Positions 49,164 through 57,232 of a stretch of 60,734 bases of DNA are shown one piece after another. Numbering within the stretch: position 1 is the stretch's first letter; every line of letters begins with the position of its first letter. The notes beneath the pieces are model-generated. The model made no database searches and had not been told where the DNA came from. It worked only from the letters and a program-made list of their open reading frames with translations. The DNA lies in NCBI GenBank assembly GCA_036985715.1, contig BTQE01000004.1, positions 1 to 60,734 on the forward strand. The letters run 5' to 3'. Made by a program: the position numbers and the translations under genes. The stretch is from Rhodothermia bacterium. Its GTDB lineage: Bacteria; Bacteroidota; Rhodothermia; Rhodothermales; UBA10348.

Positions 49164-52094
49164 ATGCGAAATCATTCGGCTGTGCAGGACTGTTTGGAGA
49201 AGATCCGCTCGGAAGTGGCAGGAGATCTTCGGACCGATGCGTATAGTCGGATGTTTTACAGCACCGATGCCAGCATCTATCAGGTCGATCCTCTCGCAGT
49301 GGTTATCCCCCGGAACCCGGAAGATGTTCACGCGGTGATTGAATCAGCGAGTGAATTCCATGTCCCTGTTCTTGCGCGCACGGCGGGGAGTAGTCTCGCA
49401 GGACAGGCTGTCGGTGAAGCCATCGTCGTCGATTTCACGCGGTACTTGGATCGGGTTCTCGAAGTAAATGCCGACGCTCGCACGGCAAAGGTGGAACCGG
49501 GCGTTATCCTCGGTTCGCTTAATGCACGTCTTGCACCGTATGGCTTGCAGTTCGGACCAGATCCTGCCAGCGCCAATCGAGCTGCCATTGGCGGGATTGT
49601 ATCGAATAATTCAACCGGCGCCCATTCGATTGTATACGGAATGACCGCTGACCACGTCGTGGATATGAATGTGATCCTGAGCGACGGCTTTCGCGCTCGG
49701 CTTGGCCCTTTGAGCACGGATGAGGCCAAACGGAAAACGAAGCTGCAATCTGCAGAAGGGCGATTGTATCGTGAGCTGCTGATCCTGGTGCAGAATCCCG
49801 GCAACGAATCGATAATTCAAGAAGAGACGCCCCGACACTGGAGACGCTCGGGCGGATATAATCTTGATCGATTGGTCGGGGAGGGTCCCTCATTTCGCGT
49901 TCCTCAGAATCCGAGATTCAATCTGTCAAAGCTGGTCTGTGGCGGTGAAGGCACGCTCGCTATCATTGAGGATGTCACCCTGAATCTGGTTCCGATACCT
50001 TCCTGCACAGGACTGGCGATAGTTCACTTCGATGCATTGAACTCTGCTTTGGAATCCGTTTTATCCATTCTCGAAACGGATCCGTCCGCGATCGAGCTAT
50101 TGGATCATCTTGGGATGTCCCTGTGCCGTGGTGTACCGGCCTGGCGGAATAAACTTGAATCATTCGTGGCCGGAGAGCCGGACTGTGTTCTGATTACAGA
50201 ATATTGCGGTGAGAACGCCGCAGAGGTAGTATCGAAAATCGATCAACTCGAGAAACTGCTATCTGGAACATCGTCAGGGGCGGGCGAAGTGGTTCGCGTT
50301 CTAGAGTCTGAAGGTCAACGCGATGTATGGAGCGTGCGCAAGATGGGCCTGGGTTTCTTGATGAGCCTGAAAGGAGATTACAAACCCATCCCGTTTATCG
50401 AGGACGCCGCAGTCCCACCTAAGCATCTCACCGAGTACGTGACCGGCGTTGAGGAATTCTGTAGACAATTGGGGACGAAAGTCGCTTACTACGCTCACGC
50501 CAGCGCCGGTTGCGTGCATATTCGTCCTCTGATCAATACGAAAGACGCGAAAGAGATTTCCAAACTACCGGAGATCACGTCGTTTGCGATTGATCTCCTG
50601 CACGGATTCGGCGGTGCGTTGTCGAGCGAACATGGAGACGGGCGAGCCAGGAGTGCGTTCAACGAGCAGTTTTTCGGTGAAAAGTTGTATGGGCTCTACC
50701 GGTCCGTCAAATCGATTTTCGATCCCGGGAATCTGTTGAATCCGGGAAATATAGTAGACGCAAAGCCGATGACGGAGAATCTTCGATATGGTAAGGATTA
50801 TTCTGCCGTTCGGATCGTGACGCACCTGGACTTTTCGGAAGACCAGGGCTTTGATCGCGCTGTCGAAATGTGCAATGGTGCCGGAGTTTGCCGGAAGATT
50901 GGGTCGGGGACGATGTGTCCCAGTTTTATGGCAACGCGGGAAGAGGAGCATTCAACGCGAGGTCGAGCCAATGCCCTGCGTGCTGTTTTGTCGGGAGAAA
51001 TTGAAGCCAATGGTCTGGCCGATAAGCGGCTGTTCGAGACCATGGATTTATGCCTTGAGTGCAAAGCCTGTGCATCAGAATGTCCGTCGTCGGTGGATAT
51101 GACGAAGCTCAAAATGGAGTTTCTGGCCCATTATCAGTCTATTCACGGCGTTTCCCGGCGATCGAAGCTGTTCGCGAACGTTGCCCAGTCAAATCGACGG
51201 TTTAGTGGAAAGAAAGCGGGGATCGCCAACGCTATGCTCCGGAGTCGTCCCATCCGGTGGGCCATGGAACGATCCATCGGTATTTCTTCCAAGAGGAGTT
51301 TCCCTCCGTTTGCACGTGAACCGTTCACAGACTGGTTCAGGAATCGTCCTCGAACTGCTGCAACCGCTGGTCGTGTCGTACTCTTCAACGATACCTTCAA
51401 CACGTTCAACTATCCGAACGTGGCCATTTCTGCAACGAAATTTCTGGAGGCAGCGGGTTACGAAGTCATACTTCCTGGTCACGGGTGTTGCGGGCGCCCG
51501 ATGCTTTCAAAGGGACTCATTGACCGCGCGAGAGAAGCGGCCCTGGAAACGGTAGAAAAACTTTATCCATTCGTAGAACTCGGCCTCCCCATCATCGGTC
51601 TGGAGCCCAGTTGCCTGCTCACGTTTCGCGACGAGTACGCCGCACTTCTTCCGAACGACCACCGGATAGGTAAAATTGCGAGTGCTGCTTTCATGTTTGA
51701 CGAGTTTGTTTCAGTGGCGGCCGCAGAAGGGAAATTGGCCGTTCGATTCCGTGATGAACCGAAACAGATTTTTTTTCACGGACATTGTCATCAGAAATCA
51801 ATGATCGGAACGGCGGCAAGCCTTGCAGCGATGGGTTTACCCGACTCGTATTCGGTTCACGAAATTGAATCCGGTTGTTGCGGCATGGCGGGTTCATTTG
51901 GTTTTGAAGCCGAGCACTACGATCTATCTATGAGGGTGGGAGAGGATCGGCTCTTTCCGGCCGTGCGAAATGCTCCCGATGAGTCGACAATCTGTGTTTC
52001 TGGGGTGAGCTGCAGACAGCAAATCGAGCACGGGACGGGTCGGAGGCCAAAGCATCTGGCTGAAGTCCTCTGGGAGTCCGTGAGCGCAGACTAA
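49164..52094 (+). CDS. Fused FAD-linked oxidase (GlcD-like) / 4Fe-4S / CCG-domain (GlpC-like) oxidoreductase
   Basis: FAD-binding PCMH region ('PVLARTAGSSLAGQAVG'), ferredoxin cluster 'CLECKACASECPS' and CCG motifs 'GHGCCGRP' and 'ESGCCGMAG'. The start is ATG 49164 or 49146. Confidence 0.8.
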   Translation: MRNHSAVQDCLEKIRSEVAGDLRTDAYSRMFYSTDASIYQVDPLAVVIPRNPEDVHAVIESASEFHVPVLARTAGSSLAGQAVGEAIVVDFTRYLDRVLEVNADARTAKVEPGVILGSLNARLAPYGLQFGPDPASANRAAIGGIVSNNSTGAHSIVYGMTADHVVDMNVILSDGFRARLGPLSTDEAKRKTKLQSAEGRLYRELLILVQNPGNESIIQEETPRHWRRSGGYNLDRLVGEGPSFRVPQNPRFNLSKLVCGGEGTLAIIEDVTLNLVPIPSCTGLAIVHFDALNSALESVLSILETDPSAIELLDHLGMSLCRGVPAWRNKLESFVAGEPDCVLITEYCGENAAEVVSKIDQLEKLLSGTSSGAGEVVRVLESEGQRDVWSVRKMGLGFLMSLKGDYKPIPFIEDAAVPPKHLTEYVTGVEEFCRQLGTKVAYYAHASAGCVHIRPLINTKDAKEISKLPEITSFAIDLLHGFGGALSSEHGDGRARSAFNEQFFGEKLYGLYRSVKSIFDPGNLLNPGNIVDAKPMTENLRYGKDYSAVRIVTHLDFSEDQGFDRAVEMCNGAGVCRKIGSGTMCPSFMATREEEHSTRGRANALRAVLSGEIEANGLADKRLFETMDLCLECKACASECPSSVDMTKLKMEFLAHYQSIHGVSRRSKLFANVAQSNRRFSGKKAGIANAMLRSRPIRWAMERSIGISSKRSFPPFAREPFTDWFRNRPRTAATAGRVVLFNDTFNTFNYPNVAISATKFLEAAGYEVILPGHGCCGRPMLSKGLIDRAREAALETVEKLYPFVELGLPIIGLEPSCLLTFRDEYAALLPNDHRIGKIASAAFMFDEFVSVAAAEGKLAVRFRDEPKQIFFHGHCHQKSMIGTAASLAAMGLPDSYSVHEIESGCCGMAGSFGFEAEHYDLSMRVGEDRLFPAVRNAPDESTICVSGVSCRQQIEHGTGRRPKHLAEVLWESVSAD

Positions 52095-52119
52095 TTATCA
52101 TGCTATAAGGACGTTTCGC

Positions 52120-53550
52120 ATGTTGGGATATCACATGACCCCGGATGAATTTCGGGAATATGGAAAGGAGGTGATCGATTGGATCGCCGACTACTATAAA
52201 TGGATCGAAACGTATCCTGTGCTCTCGCAGGTCAAATCCGGGGATATCCGAGCCGGGCTACCACCCAGCGCGCCTCAGAAAGGAGAATCCATCTCTGTGA
52301 TGCTGGACGACATGGAAAAACTCATCATGCCCGGAATCACGCACTGGCAGTCCCCGAATTTTTTCGCTTTCTATCCCTGCAACAGCTCTGGTCCTGGAAT
52401 TCTAGGCGAATTGATTTCAGCCGGGCTCAATGTACAGGGAATGAACTGGGTCACGAGTCCAGCGTGCACCGAGCTGGAGGCCCACGTATTGGATTGGCTT
52501 GTTGAGATGTTAAACCTCCCGGAAAAATTCAGGTCTACAAACGCGGGTGGAGGCGTCATTCAGGATTCTGCGTCGAGTGCGACACTCTGTGCTACGTTGG
52601 CCGCGCGGGAACGTGCAACGCACGGGCAATCGAATCAGGCCGGCGCAGACCGCTCTCTTGTAGCATATGCGTCCAACGAAAGCCATTCTTCCATCGAAAA
52701 GGCGCTTCGAATTGCCGGAATTGGGTCAGACCAAATGCGAGTTATTCCGACGGACGAATCATATGTGATGGACACGGATGAATTGGAACAGCAGATTCAA
52801 AGGGATATCGCAGAAGGATTCAAGCCGTTTCTTGTATACGGAACTGTGGGTACGACGTCTTCCGGCAGCGTGGACCCACTTACATCGATGGGGGAGGTTT
52901 GTCAGCGCGAGGGGATCTGGTTTCACGTGGATGCTGCGATGCTAGGGACGGCTGCAATCTGTCCGGAATTTCGCTACATCCAGGACGGGCTCGAATATGC
53001 GGATAGTTACTGCTTCAACCCTCATAAATGGATGTTTACCAACTTTGATTGCGACTGCCTGTTTGTTGCCCACCGGGAAACGCTTACTCAGGCACTGGCA
53101 ATTAATCGAGAGTATTTGGGAGATTTTCCATCAAAATCAGCCGGCGAGGATAACTATCGAGATTGGCAGATCCCGTTGGGACGTAGGTTTCGGTCTCTGA
53201 AGCTCTGGTTTGTTATTCGTTATTACGGTGTCGAGGGTCTTCAGAAGCACATCCGCGAACATGTTGACATGGCGCAAAAATTTGCTGGTTGGGTGGATGA
53301 CGAACCGAATTTTGAACGGCTTGCTCCCGCTTCCCTGCAGTTGGTTTGTTTTGCACATACCGACGGAGACGAATTCACGGAGTCGCTTCTGGACTCTGTA
53401 AATGCAAGCGGAAAGATCTATTTGAGTCAAACCGTGCTGCGCGGACGGTTTACGATACGGATGTCGATCGGGCAGACCCATACGCAGGAAAGACACGTAC
53501 GAGCTGCCTGGGAATTGATAAAGGAAACGGCTAGGGAAATGGCTGTCTGA
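52120..53550 (+). CDS. PLP-dependent group II (aromatic-L-amino-acid/tyrosine-type) decarboxylase
   Basis: 'HWQSPNFFAFYP', 'SNESHSSIEKA' and the PLP-lysine motif 'FNPHKWM'. 476 aa. Confidence 0.85.
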   Translation: MLGYHMTPDEFREYGKEVIDWIADYYKWIETYPVLSQVKSGDIRAGLPPSAPQKGESISVMLDDMEKLIMPGITHWQSPNFFAFYPCNSSGPGILGELISAGLNVQGMNWVTSPACTELEAHVLDWLVEMLNLPEKFRSTNAGGGVIQDSASSATLCATLAARERATHGQSNQAGADRSLVAYASNESHSSIEKALRIAGIGSDQMRVIPTDESYVMDTDELEQQIQRDIAEGFKPFLVYGTVGTTSSGSVDPLTSMGEVCQREGIWFHVDAAMLGTAAICPEFRYIQDGLEYADSYCFNPHKWMFTNFDCDCLFVAHRETLTQALAINREYLGDFPSKSAGEDNYRDWQIPLGRRFRSLKLWFVIRYYGVEGLQKHIREHVDMAQKFAGWVDDEPNFERLAPASLQLVCFAHTDGDEFTESLLDSVNASGKIYLSQTVLRGRFTIRMSIGQTHTQERHVRAAWELIKETAREMAV

Positions 53551-53563
53551 TCGCGCGTACACT

Positions 53564-53722
53564 ATGAGTAACACATACGACGCGATACTAATCGGCGGCG
53601 GCATTATGGGATGCTGCACTGCCCACGAATTGGGTCAGCGCGGATTAAGCGTCGCCGTCGTGGAGAAAGGACGTATCGGCGAAGGGCCGACGGGCGATTA
53701 AGCAGCCATCATTCGTCAATGA
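53564..53722 (+). pseudogene. Stub of an FAD-dependent (DAO-family) oxidoreductase: N-terminal Rossmann motif only, with in-frame stops
   Basis: 'MSNTYDAILIGGGIMGCCTAHELGQRGLSVAVVEKGRIGEGPTGD*AAIIRQ*'. This shows the GxGxxG dinucleotide fold and then TAA (53699-53701) and TGA (53720-53722). I could not follow any continuation in any frame. Confidence 0.6.
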
Positions 53723-53912
53723 TAGTCGAATCGCTATTCGATGCTCCCGAATCAGGGGTTTGTTGCGGTACGTGTACACTGATTGAGGGTCCCAGTGCAG
53801 CGGCTGGATATTGTTCAGCATGGGCTGCCCGGCCGAGCTAGTCAGGTTTCGCTACTCTTAATAACTCGCGGGAGACACTTTCGCGTCGCGGTTCGGAGAT
53901 GATGATACGCGC

Positions 53913-54887
53913 TTATACGGCGGACTTCTTGGCGTCTTCGATGAACCCGAGGGTCAGCCAGTCGGCGATGAATTGACGATTATCCCACTGGATAATTCGG
54001 AGTTGGTCGCCTTTATGGTTAATATTTCCCAATTCAATCAAAGCAGTGACGGGAACTGTATTGCGCAGCATGTACAGGTAAGAGCCTTTCTTCAGACGGC
54101 CGCGGTATCCGCGATCGGGTCGGATTAGGCTATACTGCTGACCGATCGTTTTTCGCAGTGTCTTCGCCAGTTCAAGGCCCTGTCGGGAGTTATAGTAGAA
54201 ATCGACATCTACCTGTTTCGTACTCCTGTAGGAGTCAACATGCAGCTCAACAACACGTTGAAGGCGGGCATTGCGGTGCCTGGCTGCAAGGCGATTGATG
54301 TCTTTTACACGCTGGCGGAGACGATCGCGTTGGCTGTTGCCAATGTATTTTCCTCCGAGATGCTTCTCGTCGTGATCAGCCGGGAAGTATTCCAGGTTAC
54401 GGATTCCTTCGTCGTCGCGATTCAGAATGTAGACCGTCGCTCCCTCGGCGATCAGTCCGCGCGCTAGGCGGAGGGAAACGTCATAGGCGTACTCATCTTC
54501 ATATAGAAACTTACCGTTCCGCCTGCCGATAGCTCCAGGATCTCGACCACCGTGGCCACCCAGGATGTAGTAAACAACACCTTTCAAGGTGTTGCTTTTA
54601 ATGGTAACCGTCTTGAATTCGTCCCCGAAAATTTCGTAGGTCTTGGTCACCACGGTAGAGGGGAGGCTGTAGGCAACGCCTCTTCGGAGGCCAGAGCCGT
54701 TGATCAACTTATCGGCATTCAAATCTCTAAATTCGGCTAAAACGGCCTTTGTAGGTGTGATTCCGTTTCTGGATAGCAGTCGGAAAATGCCCTCGCCTCG
54801 CTCTGGAAAATCTGTTTGAGATTGAGCAGTAGCGACGGTCGAAAAAGCGAGCAGAATGAAGAAAAATGGGATGTGCCTGAATCTCAT
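53913..54887 (-). CDS. N-acetylmuramoyl-L-alanine amidase (Amidase_3 family), secreted
   Basis: Signal peptide, 'ILGGHGGRDPGAIG' and 'ELGNINH' motifs. Confidence 0.8.
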   Translation of the reverse strand: MRFRHIPFFFILLAFSTVATAQSQTDFPERGEGIFRLLSRNGITPTKAVLAEFRDLNADKLINGSGLRRGVAYSLPSTVVTKTYEIFGDEFKTVTIKSNTLKGVVYYILGGHGGRDPGAIGRRNGKFLYEDEYAYDVSLRLARGLIAEGATVYILNRDDEGIRNLEYFPADHDEKHLGGKYIGNSQRDRLRQRVKDINRLAARHRNARLQRVVELHVDSYRSTKQVDVDFYYNSRQGLELAKTLRKTIGQQYSLIRPDRGYRGRLKKGSYLYMLRNTVPVTALIELGNINHKGDQLRIIQWDNRQFIADWLTLGFIEDAKKSAV

Positions 54888-54891
54888 GCCC

Positions 54892-54899
54892 GGGGGGGG
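54892..54899. repeat. G8 (C8 on the coding strand) homopolymer 4 nt upstream of the amidase start codon
   Basis: 'catgcc-cGGGGGGGGt' read directly from the sequence. Confidence 0.9.
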
Positions 54900-55095
54900 T
54901 CAGCTGAACGGGTGTCGGAAATTTAATACTATTATCGACGGACTCTCGCGAAAATCAAACGTTTAGGATGTAAAATCTTCGGGTCATTGTAAATTGGGAA
55001 ATCTATCGATCCCAAATGGGACTTCATCTTTAGTAGGCTACGTTCAATATCCAAGATCACGTGGTCTCTTTTCGGAAATCCACCGTCTATTACGA

Positions 55096-55311
55096 ATGTC
55101 AGTACAGTCTGCCCTTGATTTTGTGGGAAAGGTCCGCGAGGACAAAAGCTTAAGCGAAAAAGTTCGTGAGCTCGCAACGGATACAGAACTTCAAGCGGTA
55201 GTTGATCTTGCTCGGAGAGAAGGATATTCGATTTCGGAAGGTGATCTTCGTGAGGCCTTCAAGCATGACTGGGCCATGCGATGGTTCAGACACACAGGGT
55301 CGTCAAGTTGA
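55096..55311 (+). CDS. Nif11-domain small protein (possible Nif11-type RiPP leader/precursor)
   Basis: The 71-aa 'MSVQSALDFVGKVREDKSLSEKVRELATDTELQAVVDLARREGYSISEGDLREAF-KHDWAMRWFRHTGSSS' fits the Nif11 pattern (M-S..F..KV..D..L..K.....vv.lA.e.Gy.i). The track ORF starts 34 codons too early. Confidence 0.65.
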   Translation: MSVQSALDFVGKVREDKSLSEKVRELATDTELQAVVDLARREGYSISEGDLREAFKHDWAMRWFRHTGSSS

Positions 55312-56400
55312 CGGACGGAAATCGTGCTGGGTTGGAGTCGGAGATACCCAGGAGTGAAGAAATCCGAGATAGGCTTTTGCTTCTGGCCGACGATCTTGAT
55401 TCAGATTTACTTTCACGTGGTTTAATGTTCGAGCAAACACTCCAAACTGATTCCACTTCTTCGTCAGAGATTCCAGCAGTAACGCACTCGGCCATTTTTC
55501 CTGCACATTTGGCGGACCGATATGCCCTGGCCAATCGAGAAGCATCTGACCTTTTTTCTCGTCACAGTGGCCGAGTTCGATGAGCCGCTGCAACAGATGT
55601 TTCCACCGGTCTCTTACATTTGGCCCATCACTAATGAAGTACTCGAGACCGATTTGAGGATAAATCACGGGACCGACGTCTAGATCGATGCGAATATCGT
55701 CGCAGCATATTTTTCCAACGCTGATCAACTCAGCACACTCATCCGAATTCCCGGTCCACTCTATCCGCTCCAGAAAAGGAAGAATGTTGTCGGCATGAAT
55801 CCGTTGGATGTTCACTCTTAGAGCGTCCATGGTTCGAGAAAGCATAATGCCGACATGAAGCAGCCGGGCGCCGTTGGGAAGTGAGCGGAAACACGATTTC
55901 AGATTTTTGAATACGTATTCAGAAAGAGGTGCTCCGTGAAGTCGACGTACGATCGTTTCGATGATCGCTGGACTCTTCTCAGCACTGAATGAGGACGGAC
56001 TTATCCCGATGAACAGGGACGGAAGAGCAGAGTCCAATGTGTCGTCAAGGTCATATTCCAGCCACAGTTCATCAATATGGTCGTGAATAAGTGAGGAAGG
56101 ATCCGTCCAGTCGGCACAATAAGATTTAAGTCTGTGCCAGGCCTCGTTATCGAAAGCAGGGCCATTGGCGCGAGATAAATACTCTGAAAATATCCTGTCC
56201 TCTCCTTCCTTTTGGAGTATAGCTTGAAAAAAATCGACGCGATCATTCTTCGGGTCCAATCGACATTCAAATCCAAGGCGGGAAACGTCTCCAAAATGGG
56301 CTGCGGCGGCGAAGAGCTTTTCTACCGATTCGTCGGAAAAAATAGGACCGTGTAGGTGCGGCCTCAGAATCTCTAGTGAGTCACGAATCAGAGCAGACAT
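55303..56400 (-). CDS. Orphan 365-aa protein, function unknown (speculative: ABBA-fold prenyltransferase-like)
   Basis: Clean ORF with no cofactor motif I recognise. It has five spaced beta-hairpin-like segments: 'LGFECRLDPKNDRVDFF', 'LWLEYDLDD..LFIGIS', 'LLHVGIMLSRTMDALRVNIQRI', 'IRIDLDVGPVIYPQIGLEYFI' and 'VKVNLNQDRRPEAKAYLGF'. Confidence 0.7.
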   Translation of the reverse strand: MSALIRDSLEILRPHLHGPIFSDESVEKLFAAAAHFGDVSRLGFECRLDPKNDRVDFFQAILQKEGEDRIFSEYLSRANGPAFDNEAWHRLKSYCADWTDPSSLIHDHIDELWLEYDLDDTLDSALPSLFIGISPSSFSAEKSPAIIETIVRRLHGAPLSEYVFKNLKSCFRSLPNGARLLHVGIMLSRTMDALRVNIQRIHADNILPFLERIEWTGNSDECAELISVGKICCDDIRIDLDVGPVIYPQIGLEYFISDGPNVRDRWKHLLQRLIELGHCDEKKGQMLLDWPGHIGPPNVQEKWPSALLLESLTKKWNQFGVFARTLNHVKVNLNQDRRPEAKAYLGFLHSWVSPTPTQHDFRPST

Positions 56401-56758
56401 GAGGTCGTGCGAATTTATCTCTGCAAGAGGAGCAAATACCTAAAATCGATAATGCTGAAGCAAGGACAATCGAGTCGATAGAGATGTTTCAGAAATCTAA
56501 TTTACGGTTCAAGTCCAGAAGCTGTTATCGGAGAGAGATAACGAGCGAACTTGTTTCACGGCCCGAATCACTCAGGCTTCGGATTCTCGAAAAATCGACC
56601 TGTCGTGGGTATAGAAAACCGTGGATCTACTCTACGAAGAGTAATTCCTGACGACGGAAAAGACTTTGATGCAACCTGGTCCCTGAACTGGAACTCTACA
56701 GGGCGTGCGAGCTTATCGATGTTTCGGTAGGATGTAGTCGGAAATTCGTTTTCTGTAC

Positions 56759-56941
56759 TTATCCAGAAAAATCGTTCTTACCGTTCCGATCCCCTTGATG
56801 AAAATCCCAATTCCAGTTTCCTAGGTCACCCCAGCTACCGGCACCGGAAAAATTCGTGATGTTTCCTACACGAGTGATTTGTTCGATATTCCCGTACGCC
56901 TGCAACTTTGGGCTACTGTATTTCTTCTTCATATTTTCCAT
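56759..56941 (-). CDS. Candidate RiPP precursor peptide (lasso-type leader motif, W/N/G/D-rich core)
   Basis: 'MENMKKKYSSPKLQAYGNIEQITR|VGNITNFSGAGSWGDLGNWNWDFHQGDRNGKNDFSG'. Y8-x2-P11-x-L13-x3-G17-x5-T23-x matches YxxPxLx3Gx5Tx exactly. AGGAG lies 3 nt upstream of the ATG, and the gene sits 291 bp downstream of a PqqD-like ORF. Confidence 0.6.
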   Translation of the reverse strand: MENMKKKYSSPKLQAYGNIEQITRVGNITNFSGAGSWGDLGNWNWDFHQGDRNGKNDFSG

Positions 56942-57232
56942 TCTCTCCTAATCAGATCAAAGCTATTTAAACGGTCAGATGCAGTAAAACACCTGGTGTG
57001 AGGGAATAATCCATAACGAAATGGGGGCTGCTCATCTGGGATTTTCAGTCCGATGCATGCACACATACACGTGGGTATATACGAATACGTTAAAAATCGG
57101 CCGAATCGTGAGCGGAAGTGCTATTTCCAATCCATGAACGCGCGGTGTAGCAATAAATTTTTCGAATTGCTACCCACTAATGACCCAGACTGCCATCTTG
57201 GCAGTAATAATCCACCTGTCTAGAGCCGTCGA

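Noticed and set aside
56759-56941. Darobactin/daropeptide-like precursor, because the core contains W-N-W.
   Set aside because: A tripeptide match is weak evidence. There is no radical-SAM/SPASM enzyme in the window, and the leader is unlike DarA as I recall it. I kept it only as a remark.
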